Source of the DNA: Acidobacteriota bacterium
Lineage (GTDB): Bacteria > Acidobacteriota > UBA890 > WLXD01
Length of the DNA: 64,000 nt
NCBI GenBank assembly: GCA_965248845.1
Contig: CBDFKO010000002.1
Span: 2,625,693-2,689,692, forward strand
Reading direction: 5' to 3'
Positions within the stretch are counted from its first letter, which is position 1, and each line of letters begins with the position of its first letter. Position numbers and translations under genes: made by a program. Positions 19,418-28,075 of the stretch are shown one piece after another. The notes beneath the pieces were generated by a model. The model searched no databases. It saw only the letters and a list, made by a program, of their open reading frames with translations, and had not been told where the DNA came from.

Positions 19418-20170
19418 ATGCGCCGCCACGCTCTCGTGCTTCTCGCGCTGCTGCCCCTAGCGCTCGATCCGACCGCCGCACACGCTCAGGAACCCGTCGC
19501 GCTGCCCATGGACGAGCTGGCGAAGGGCAGCCTGAACGCGGGACCAGCCCAGTACACCTTCGTCGCCACGACTGCCGGCGTGCTCACGGTCTTCGCGCGC
19601 GCCGACGACGACGCCGACCTGACGCTCGAGGTGACCGACGATCTCGGGCAGCTCATCGAAGGCGGCAACTCCGATTCGGACCTGTTCGGCCAGACCGGAA
19701 CCGAGCGTGTCAGCGTCGTGATCCGGCGTCCGGGCACCTACCAGATCAACGTCGGCTCTTACTCCGATTCGGCGAGCTTCCACGTCGGCGGCAGCTGGCT
19801 CGTAGCCGAGGCCATGGCGATTCCCGAGGACCCCGACGGACACCCGAGCCGTGCCACACCGCTGCCGGTCGCCACGCGGGTCGAGGGATCGATCGACCCT
19901 TCGAGCGGCGACGATGGCGACTGGTACGTAGTCACGGCCGAGATCGCCGGCCTCTACACCGTGATCACGGAAGGCGAGGACGACGTCTATCTCGAGTACT
20001 ACCTGGAGGACGACTTCTCCATCGCCCGGGACCACTCCGATCAGGACGAGGGTGGTTCCGGCAACGAGTCGGTGACCGTGCGGCTGGAGGCCGGCGCGCG
20101 CGCCTACCTGAAGATCGGCTCGCCGCTCAATGCGGCCGCGACCTATTCCCTGCGCACCGGGGTGATGTGA
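19418..20170 (+). CDS. Secreted protein with two pre-peptidase C-terminal (PPC)-like domains
   Basis: Signal peptide, GGAGG upstream of the ATG, and two repeats of a D/E-rich beta-sandwich-like module. The function call is tentative. Confidence 0.65.
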   Translation: MRRHALVLLALLPLALDPTAAHAQEPVALPMDELAKGSLNAGPAQYTFVATTAGVLTVFARADDDADLTLEVTDDLGQLIEGGNSDSDLFGQTGTERVSVVIRRPGTYQINVGSYSDSASFHVGGSWLVAEAMAIPEDPDGHPSRATPLPVATRVEGSIDPSSGDDGDWYVVTAEIAGLYTVITEGEDDVYLEYYLEDDFSIARDHSDQDEGGSGNESVTVRLEAGARAYLKIGSPLNAAATYSLRTGVM

Positions 20171-20226
20171 GTCGGGGGCACTCATCGGGCAGGGCTGTGC
20201 GGCTTGCCGCGCCCGCCGCTCTGGCG

Positions 20227-20346
20227 CTGACGCGCTCGGAGCTCGTGGTGATCGAACGGGCCGGGCACTTCCCCTTCGTCGAGCAGCCCGAGGCCTTCCA
20301 GCGCGTCGTGCGCGAGTTCCTGGCACGGGTCAGCCCCGAGCCGTGA
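20227..20346 (+). pseudogene. 3' remnant of an alpha/beta-hydrolase gene
   Basis: ..LTRSELVVIERAGHFPFVEQPEAFQRVVREFL.. is the canonical C-terminus of the fold. No upstream body exists. Its TGA overlaps the GTG of the next gene (GTGA). Confidence 0.6.
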
Positions 20347-21923
20347 GCTCTGAGCGACTGTTCGCCGGCTTCGATGTCTCCACCCAAGGGTGCAAGTTAG
20401 TCGTCATCGACCCGGATAGGGCGGAGCTGGTCCACGTCGACTCCGTCAACTACGACCGCGACATGCCCCGGTACGAGACCCGAGACGGCGCCGTCCAGGG
20501 GCTCGGCGAAGGGGTATCGGAGTCGGATCCACGCATGTGGATCGAGGCCGTCGACACGCTGCTCAGCCGCCTTTCGGGCGGCGGCGTGAAGCCGGCCGCG
20601 ATCCGTTCGATCGCCGTCTCGGGCCAGATGCACGGACTGGTCGCGCTCGACGCCGCGGGCCAGCTGGCTCGGAGCCTCGCCAAGCTATGGAACGACTTCT
20701 CCACGCTCGCGGAGTGCGAGCTGTTGACCGAGGCCATCGGTGGCAACGAGGCCATGGTCGCCGAGATCGCCAACACACAGCGCACCGGATACACCGCGCC
20801 GAAGATCCTGCACATGGCGCGGCACGAACCCGAGGTGTTTGCGCGCACCGCGACCTTCCTGGTGGTCCACAACTACGTGAACTGGTATCTGACGGGTGGC
20901 GCAGACGGCGGAGTCGCGTGCCTGGAGCCGGGCGACGCCTCGGGCACGGCGCTGTACAACCCGATCTCCGGGTGCTGGTCGCAACCCCTGCTCGACGCAA
21001 TCGACTCGACCCTGGCCGACAAGCTCCCTCCAGTGCGGCTCGCCGACGCCAGCATCGGAACGCTCGGCGGAGGGCTCGCGGCGCGATTCGGGCTGTCGCC
21101 CGAGTGCACCGTCGACGCGGGCTGCGGCGACAACATGTACGGTGCCGTCGGCACCGGCAACGTTAGCCCCGGCATCGTGACGGTGAGCCTCGGCACCAGC
21201 GGTACGGCGGCGACGATCCTCGAGCAGCCCTGGATCGACCCGACCGGCGAGATCGCCTGCTACTGCGACAGCACGGGTCGCTACATGCCGCTGTTGTGCG
21301 TCTCGAACATGGCCAACGGGTACAACGCCGCGCTGGTGCACTACGGACTCACCCACGAGCAGTTCGACCGGGTCCTCGAGGCCACGCCTCCGGGCAACGA
21401 GGGGCGCGTGCTGGTTCCCTGGTACGAGGGGGAGCGCACCCCGGATGTCCCCCTGGGGACCGCCACGACATTCGGATTCAGGGTCGAGGACTTCACGCGC
21501 GAGCGTGTGTGCCGCGCGGTCATCGAGGGGCACGTGCTCAACCTGCACGCCGGCTTCGTTCGCATGCCGGTACAGCCCGCCGAGATCCGGCTCACCGGGG
21601 GACTGGCCAACTCGCCCTCCTGGTGTCAGCTCATCGCCGACATGTTCGAGACCACGACCGTGCCGGTGCCGGGAGAGGGCGCGGCGCTAGGGGCAGCGAT
21701 CCATGCGGCCTGGGTGTGGGGGCGCGAGAGCGGGGTGCCGACCGGTCTCGGGGAACTCACCGACCAGCTCGTCCATCCCGACAATACTCGTCGCAGAGTC
21801 CCACGACCGGAGGCGAGCGCAGCGCACGCTCATCAGCGACACCTGTTCGCCGCCCTGACGGCTCGACTGCGAGGGCTCCTTGGCGAGGATCCCTTCACCC
21901 TCCGCGCCCGTATACAGCAGTAG
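20343..21923 (+). CDS. FGGY-family carbohydrate kinase (xylulokinase-like)
   Basis: FAGFDVSTQGCKLVVID..SGQMHGLV.. and a family-typical length of 526 aa. Stop is TAG. Confidence 0.85.
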   Translation: MSSERLFAGFDVSTQGCKLVVIDPDRAELVHVDSVNYDRDMPRYETRDGAVQGLGEGVSESDPRMWIEAVDTLLSRLSGGGVKPAAIRSIAVSGQMHGLVALDAAGQLARSLAKLWNDFSTLAECELLTEAIGGNEAMVAEIANTQRTGYTAPKILHMARHEPEVFARTATFLVVHNYVNWYLTGGADGGVACLEPGDASGTALYNPISGCWSQPLLDAIDSTLADKLPPVRLADASIGTLGGGLAARFGLSPECTVDAGCGDNMYGAVGTGNVSPGIVTVSLGTSGTAATILEQPWIDPTGEIACYCDSTGRYMPLLCVSNMANGYNAALVHYGLTHEQFDRVLEATPPGNEGRVLVPWYEGERTPDVPLGTATTFGFRVEDFTRERVCRAVIEGHVLNLHAGFVRMPVQPAEIRLTGGLANSPSWCQLIADMFETTTVPVPGEGAALGAAIHAAWVWGRESGVPTGLGELTDQLVHPDNTRRRVPRPEASAAHAHQRHLFAALTARLRGLLGEDPFTLRARIQQ

Positions 21924-22044
21924 CAGGGGCTTGAGCCCGCCCGCCCCCGTTGTTGCGGCTGGCGCCTGCGACTACGATTTGTCTCCCAGAGCAGGCTATC
22001 GCGAGACTCATCACGGCCTGCGGATCATCGGGTGGAGTCTCACC

Positions 22045-24726
22045 ATGTCGCTCGAGGCCGGCGCTCGTCTGCTGCACTACTCGATCACCGACAAGATCGG
22101 TGAGGGTGGAATGGGCGCGGTCTATGCCGCCGAGGACACGCGACTCGGTCGCCGTGTGGCGCTCAAGGTGCTCCCGGCCGAGCTCGCCGAGGACGCCGAC
22201 AAGCTGCGCCGTTTCGAGCGCGAGGCGCGCGCCATCGCGGCGCTCAACCACCCCAACGTAGTAACGCTCTACAGCGTCGAGCACTCCGAAGACACCCGCT
22301 TTCTGACGATGGAGCTCATCGACGGCGAGCCCTTGTCGGAACTCATCCCCGCCGGCGGATTACAGATCGACCGGCTCTTGGAGCTGGCGCTGCCGGTCAC
22401 GGAGGCGGTGGCGGCCGCCCACGCGCGTGGCATTACTCACCGAGATCTCAAGCCCACCAACGTGATGGTGGACACGAGCGGGCACGTCAAGGTGCTCGAC
22501 TTCGGCCTCGCGAAGTTCGTCCAGCGGCAGCCGCTCACCGAGAGCTTCTCCGACTCCGACTCGCAAATGGTCACCGAGCTCGTCACCGGAACCGGGACGA
22601 TCCTCGGAACTGTGGCCTATATGTCTCCCGAGCAAGCCGAGGGCAAGCCGATCGATGAGCGCTCCGACATCTTCTCGCTGGGGATCGTTCTGTACCAGAT
22701 GATCACCGGTGAGCGACCCTTCACCGGCGACTCCCCGGTTTCGATTCTCTCCAAGATCTTGCATGTGAGCGCGGATCGCCTGACGGCTCGCCGCGGTGAC
22801 CTGCCGCGCCAGCTGCAGCGCATTCTCGATGCATGTCTGGCGAAGCAGCCGGGGCGCCGGTACCAGAGCGTGCTGGATCTGCGCAACGCGCTCGCGTCGC
22901 TGCGTGAGGAGATCGCCGCGGGGCCGCCGATTCCGGCCGCAGCACCGGAGCAGACCCGACCGGCATGGATCAACGGCCTCGCGCTGACGCTCGCAGGCGC
23001 GACGCTCGGCGCCCTGGCGGCGGCGGCGATATTGCGGCCGGCGGGGGTGCCGATTCCCGACACGGGAGGCGCGGCGCGTGGCAACTGGACGCTGTCGCCA
23101 CTCGTGGCCTCCCAGGAGATCATGCCGACCGATCCGGATTTCTCGCCGAACGGCGAATGGGTCGTCTATGCGGCCGAGGTAGGCGGCGAGCGAGACCTGT
23201 GGCGGCTGCCGAGCGCGGGCGGCGCCCGTCAGCGACTGACCGAGACGCCCGAAGCCGAGGTCCATCCGGCCTGGTCTCCGGACGGACGACGAATCGCCTA
23301 CGCCGTGGAGTCCGGTGGCGAGTCCGGTATCTACGTCATGCCCTCGAGCGGGGGCAACTCGGTCCAGCTCGTGAACCACGGCTCGCATCCTGCCTGGTCG
23401 CCCGACGGCACCCGCATTGCCTACGACTGGCGCGGCTCGGTGCGCGTGGTCTCGGTCGACGTGGTCGGCACGTGGCGCGTCCTGCTCGACGGTCTGGCCG
23501 ACGACGCCCTGCCGGTGTGGACCCGCGACGGCCGCGGCCTGATCCTGTGGAGCGGTCTGCACGCGGACGTGGTGCGCCTGGACGCCGACGACCCGTCAGA
23601 CGCGGTGCCGCTGCAAATCGTGCCGACCGGCAACCAGGTCGTGAGCTTGTCGATCGCCGGGAACGGGCGCGGTCTCGTCATATCGCGAGGACAGTACGGC
23701 GGCCACAAGAACCTCTGGTACGTGCCACTCGCCCCGGACGGCGGCAGGGTCACAGGCGAGCCGGTGCGCCTGACCGACTCGGTCACCGACGACCGCTCGC
23801 TGACGATCTCCAGCGACGGGACGCGGATCGCCTACGTGGCCCGCAACGTCGAACGGCATCTCTACTCGCTGCCGCTGGACCCAGAGACGGGGCTGCGGGC
23901 AGGCGGTATGGAGCGGCTCACCTACCAGGCGGCGCAAAACTACTACCCGCGACTGTCGCCCGACGGCACCCAACTGGCCTGGACGGCCCATCACACCGGC
24001 GCCGGCTTCGTCTACCTGCGACGCCTCGACGAGCCGGACGAGATCAAGCTCACCGACATCTGGGACCGCAGCGTGCGCGAAATCGGGGCGAGCTTCGCGC
24101 CGGACGGGCAGACCGTCGTCTACAGCTCAACGGTCGGCAACTCGTATCGACTCTGGAGGGTGCCCTGCGCCGGCTGCGTCGAGTTCGGCCTCACCGAGGT
24201 CGAGGCTCCGCACGGCGACTACCTGCCGGACATCTCGCCCGATGGGCGCACGGTGGCCTTCCACTCGGACCGCTCGGGCAGCATGGATCTGTGGACCGTG
24301 CCGAGCACCGGGGGTCGCGTCCGCCAGCTGACCTCGCTGCCCGGCTCCGAGGAGTTTCCCATCTGGTCGCCCGATGGCCAGCGCATTGCCTTCCGCTCGA
24401 CCCAAGGCGACGACGCCGATATCTGGACGGTCAAAGCCGATGGGTCGGAGCTCGCGCCCCGGGTCGAGTTGGACAGCGACGAGACCTGGGCCGCATGGTC
24501 ACCCGACGGCTCCCGCCTCTATTTCGTCTCCGACGCCAGCGGCACCTACGAGGTCTGGATGCAGGACGGCCTCGGTCACCCGCAGCAGGTGACCCGTCTC
24601 GGCAGCTCGCGCGGAGGCCTGCCCGACTCCAGCTTCTTCACAAAGTTCGCGGTCGGACAGGACCACCTGATCGTACCCACCGATGCCGTTACCGGAAAAA
24701 TCTGGGTGTTGGAACGCCCCAGCTGA
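22045..24726 (+). CDS. Ser/Thr protein kinase with TM segment and C-terminal PD40 (TolB-like) beta-propeller repeats
   Basis: GEGGMGAVY, HRDLKPTN, DFGLAK, then repeated P.WSPDG motifs. ATG at 22045. Confidence 0.9.
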   Translation: MSLEAGARLLHYSITDKIGEGGMGAVYAAEDTRLGRRVALKVLPAELAEDADKLRRFEREARAIAALNHPNVVTLYSVEHSEDTRFLTMELIDGEPLSELIPAGGLQIDRLLELALPVTEAVAAAHARGITHRDLKPTNVMVDTSGHVKVLDFGLAKFVQRQPLTESFSDSDSQMVTELVTGTGTILGTVAYMSPEQAEGKPIDERSDIFSLGIVLYQMITGERPFTGDSPVSILSKILHVSADRLTARRGDLPRQLQRILDACLAKQPGRRYQSVLDLRNALASLREEIAAGPPIPAAAPEQTRPAWINGLALTLAGATLGALAAAAILRPAGVPIPDTGGAARGNWTLSPLVASQEIMPTDPDFSPNGEWVVYAAEVGGERDLWRLPSAGGARQRLTETPEAEVHPAWSPDGRRIAYAVESGGESGIYVMPSSGGNSVQLVNHGSHPAWSPDGTRIAYDWRGSVRVVSVDVVGTWRVLLDGLADDALPVWTRDGRGLILWSGLHADVVRLDADDPSDAVPLQIVPTGNQVVSLSIAGNGRGLVISRGQYGGHKNLWYVPLAPDGGRVTGEPVRLTDSVTDDRSLTISSDGTRIAYVARNVERHLYSLPLDPETGLRAGGMERLTYQAAQNYYPRLSPDGTQLAWTAHHTGAGFVYLRRLDEPDEIKLTDIWDRSVREIGASFAPDGQTVVYSSTVGNSYRLWRVPCAGCVEFGLTEVEAPHGDYLPDISPDGRTVAFHSDRSGSMDLWTVPSTGGRVRQLTSLPGSEEFPIWSPDGQRIAFRSTQGDDADIWTVKADGSELAPRVELDSDETWAAWSPDGSRLYFVSDASGTYEVWMQDGLGHPQQVTRLGSSRGGLPDSSFFTKFAVGQDHLIVPTDAVTGKIWVLERPS

Positions 24727-24748
24727 TTCCCGGCCCCCGGAGACCCTC

Positions 24749-25078
24749 ATGCGCAGCTTCGCCGCAACCGTCCGCCGAGAATTCCTGACAGCGCTCCTGG
24801 TCATCGCTCTCGCCGGCGGTGGTGGCTCGCTGGCCGCGGCGCGCCAGGCCGGCGACCTGACCGTGCAACGAGTACTGTCCTACGCCTTCCCGACCGGGTT
24901 GACGGCAGCACCCGACGGCAGTGCGATCGCCTGGGTGCTCGACGAGCGAGGCGCCCGCAACGTATGGCTGGCCACCGCGCCCGAGTTCGAGGGCCGGCGC
25001 CTCACGAGCTACGCAACCGACGATGGCCAAACTATCGGCAACCTGCAGTTCACCGCCGACTCGAGCACTCTGACCTAG
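24749..25078 (+). pseudogene. 5' fragment (about 110 codons) of a PD40/S9-type peptidase-like gene, cut at IS copy 2
   Basis: ..APDGSAIAWVLDERGARNVWLA..DDGQTIGNLQFTADSSTL resembles the start of proteins longer than 600 aa. The ORF ends in the TAG of the IS-flanking CTAG. Confidence 0.55.
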
Positions 25079-26387
25079 CAGGCTGCTGAAAAACTCCCCT
25101 TGTTCGAGTAGATTCTGAACCACGCAGCCCGCGGCAAAAACCGAAGCATCAACGAGGTGAGCAGATGCGTGGTGAGGACGCGGGACAGGTGGCCGCCTTT
25201 AGTTACGTATCTCCGGAGCAGCGAGTACCGAAAGAGCATCCGCTGCGGCCGCTGCTGAGGATCGTCAACGACGTGCTGGGGCGGATGTCGCCGCTGTTCG
25301 AGAAGCTGTACTCGCACACGGGCCGTCCGTCTATCCCGCCGGAGAAACTGCTGCGGGCGCTGCTGCTGCAGGTGCTGTACACGATTCGCTCCGAGCGCAT
25401 GCTGATGGAGCAGCTCGACTACAACCTGCTGTTCCGGTGGTTTGTGGGCCTGAACATGGACGATCTGGTGTGGGATGCGACGGTGTTCACGAAGAACCGG
25501 GATCGAGTGTTGGGAGGCGAGGTCGCCGAGGTGTTCTTCCAGGAAGTGCTGGCGGAGGCACGGCGCCGCGGTCTGCTATCGGATGAGCACTTCACGGTGG
25601 ACGGCACGCTGATCGAGGCGTGGGCCTCACACAAGAGCTTCAAGCCGAAGGATCAGAGCGACTCCGATGAGGGAGGCAGCAACCCGAGCGTCGATTTTCG
25701 CAAACAACGGCGCACAAACGATACTCACGCCTCCAGGACCGATCCGGACGCACGCCTGTACAAGAAAAGTAGGGGAGCCGAGTCGAAGCTCTGCTACATG
25801 GGGCACCTGATGATCGACAACCGCCACGGGTTAGCAACCAAGGCATGCGTAACGATCGCTTCCGGGACAGCGGAACGAGAGGCGGCGGTGCAAATGGCGG
25901 ACAAGATTTCCGGTAACCGCAGGGTGACCTTGGCGGCCGACAAGGGCTACGACACACGCGAGTGCGTCCGTAAGCTTCGAGATCGGAACATCACCCCGCA
26001 CGTCGCACAGAACGACACCAATCGGCGCAGCGCCATCGACCGGCGCACAACCCGCCACCCCGGCTACCAGGTCAGTCAAAGGAAACGCAAGCTCGTCGAG
26101 CAGATGTTCGGATGGGCCAAGACGGTCGGGCTGATGCGCAAGACGCGGCACCGAGGCACCGAACGCGTCGATTGGATGTTCACCTTCACCGCCGCTGCCT
26201 TCAACCTGGTCAGAATGCGCAACCTCCAGGGGGCGACGTGACGATATCGGGACTAACCGCCCAAGAAATACCGGCGCGGCCGGCAACCAGAGCCTCGCAC
26301 TCGCACACGGCGGCCGGGCAACTCACCTTGATCGAGACGATCCAGTCCAAAATGGCGCGCTCGAGCCGTTTTTCAGCAGCCTGCTAG
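25075..26387 (+). mobile_element. IS5-family insertion sequence, copy 2 (1313 bp)
   Basis: Same inverted repeats as copy 1, flanked by CTAG on both sides. This is the only copy in + orientation. Confidence 0.95.
25165..26241 (+). CDS. IS5-family DDE transposase (358 aa)
   Basis: Differs from the other three copies at a handful of residues. Confidence 0.95.
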   Translation: MRGEDAGQVAAFSYVSPEQRVPKEHPLRPLLRIVNDVLGRMSPLFEKLYSHTGRPSIPPEKLLRALLLQVLYTIRSERMLMEQLDYNLLFRWFVGLNMDDLVWDATVFTKNRDRVLGGEVAEVFFQEVLAEARRRGLLSDEHFTVDGTLIEAWASHKSFKPKDQSDSDEGGSNPSVDFRKQRRTNDTHASRTDPDARLYKKSRGAESKLCYMGHLMIDNRHGLATKACVTIASGTAEREAAVQMADKISGNRRVTLAADKGYDTRECVRKLRDRNITPHVAQNDTNRRSAIDRRTTRHPGYQVSQRKRKLVEQMFGWAKTVGLMRKTRHRGTERVDWMFTFTAAAFNLVRMRNLQGAT

Positions 26388-28075
26388 AGGGCGTCGGGCC
26401 AGGGCTGGCTGGCGCCCATCTCGAGCATGGTGTTGAGCCGGGCGCCGGCCTCCTCGCTGCCGAAGAAGGAGCAGCGGTGCAGGGGGCCCTCGTAGCCGGC
26501 GGCGTCGCACAGTGCCCGGTAGAACTGGAACTGCAGGATGCGGGCGATGAAGTAGCGGGTGTAGGAGACCATGGCGGGCACGTGGTACTTGGCGCCCGGG
26601 TCGAAGAACTCGTCGCCACGATCCTCGGGCGGCCCGACGCCCTGGTAGCGCTCGCGCACCTCCCACCAGGCCGCGTTCATGGCCTCCGGCGTCGTTGCGC
26701 CGCTCGAGATACCCCAGCGCCACTGATCCACCAGGTAGGTCCAGGGCATGGCGGCAACGCGATCGAGCGCCATGTTGAGCAGCAGCCCGATGTCGCCGGA
26801 GGCGTCGGGCACCTCGTCGATGAGACCGATCCGAGCCAGGTAATCCGGCGTGATCGACAGCGAGATCGCATCGCCGATGGCCTCGTGGAAGCCGGGGTTG
26901 GCGCCGCCGCGGAACAGCGGCGGCTGCTCGCGGTAGGCACGCTGGTAGAAGTTGTGGCCGAGCTCGTGGTGGATGGTCTCGAACATCTCGGCGGTAGGCT
27001 CGATGCACATCTTGATGCGGTAGTCCTGGCCGTCGCCCATGTCCCAGGCGCTGGCGTGACAGACCACGTCGCGATCACGAGGCTTGGTGAACAGCGAACG
27101 CTCCCAGAAGGTGTCGGGCAGCGGGTCGAAGCCGAGCGAGGTGAAGAAGGCTTCCCCGGTGCGCGTCATCTCCTGGGCGTCCATGCGCGAGGCCCGCAGG
27201 CGATCGCTCAGGTCGTAGTCCGGGCCCGAGGTCTCGGGGGCCACCAGATCGTAGGTGTTTAGCCAGCTCTGGGCCCACATGTTGCCGAGCAGATGGGCCG
27301 GTATGGGGCCACCCTCGGGCACGACGCGCGAGCCGTAGAACTCTCGCAGCTTGGCACGCACGTGGCAGTGGAGTGCCTCGTACAGCGGCTCGATCTGACC
27401 CAGCAGCCGCTCGGCCTCGGCCGCGAAGGCGTCGGGCTCCATGTCGTAGTTGGAGCGCCACATGGCACCGAGGTCGTCGAAGCCCAGCTCCTTGGCCCCC
27501 GCGTTGGCGATCTCCATGACGCGCACGTAGTCGTCGCGCATCGGCGGACCCATAGTGCGCCAGCCCTTCCAGATCTCGAGCAGTTGGTCGGGATTGAGGC
27601 TCGTCGCCATGATGTTGACCATCTCGGGCTCGGCCAAACACTCGCCGTCCTCGTCACAGTACCGGTGGTTGCCGTAAACGCCGGTCAGGGCGTTTGACTT
27701 CGCCGCCAGCTCCGAGATCAGGGCGGCGTCGTCGGGCGCCGGGACCGGGAGTGCCAGCTTGAGGAACTCGAGCTTGCGAGCCGTCGTCGGCGATACCTCG
27801 TCAGCGTCGAACCGCGCCGCGCCCAAGGCCATCTCGATGGCCTTGGCGGTCACCGTCTCCTGGGCGGCGGCTGCGACCTTCTGGGAGTCGTAGGTGATGA
27901 AGTTGGCGGCGATCCAGTCGGCGTTCGCCTGCGCCCGGAAAAGCGCGTCGAGCTGAGCCTCGGCCGTCTCGACGAAGACGTCGGGATCGGTGGGCAGGTC
28001 GGCCTGCTCGGGGGCTGCGGCACAGCCGAGGACCAGAAAGGCCACGGAACAGGTAAGAGCGAGGCGGGTGTTCAT
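26384..28075 (-). CDS. M2-family (angiotensin-converting-enzyme-like) zinc peptidase, probably 3'-truncated by IS copy 2
   Basis: HHELGH..EAIGD zinc motif and a lipoprotein signal (LVLGC). Ends ..GASQPWPDAL at the TAG of the IS-flanking CTAG. As I recall the family, it continues about 30 aa further. Confidence 0.8.
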   Translation of the reverse strand: MNTRLALTCSVAFLVLGCAAAPEQADLPTDPDVFVETAEAQLDALFRAQANADWIAANFITYDSQKVAAAAQETVTAKAIEMALGAARFDADEVSPTTARKLEFLKLALPVPAPDDAALISELAAKSNALTGVYGNHRYCDEDGECLAEPEMVNIMATSLNPDQLLEIWKGWRTMGPPMRDDYVRVMEIANAGAKELGFDDLGAMWRSNYDMEPDAFAAEAERLLGQIEPLYEALHCHVRAKLREFYGSRVVPEGGPIPAHLLGNMWAQSWLNTYDLVAPETSGPDYDLSDRLRASRMDAQEMTRTGEAFFTSLGFDPLPDTFWERSLFTKPRDRDVVCHASAWDMGDGQDYRIKMCIEPTAEMFETIHHELGHNFYQRAYREQPPLFRGGANPGFHEAIGDAISLSITPDYLARIGLIDEVPDASGDIGLLLNMALDRVAAMPWTYLVDQWRWGISSGATTPEAMNAAWWEVRERYQGVGPPEDRGDEFFDPGAKYHVPAMVSYTRYFIARILQFQFYRALCDAAGYEGPLHRCSFFGSEEAGARLNTMLEMGASQPWPDAL

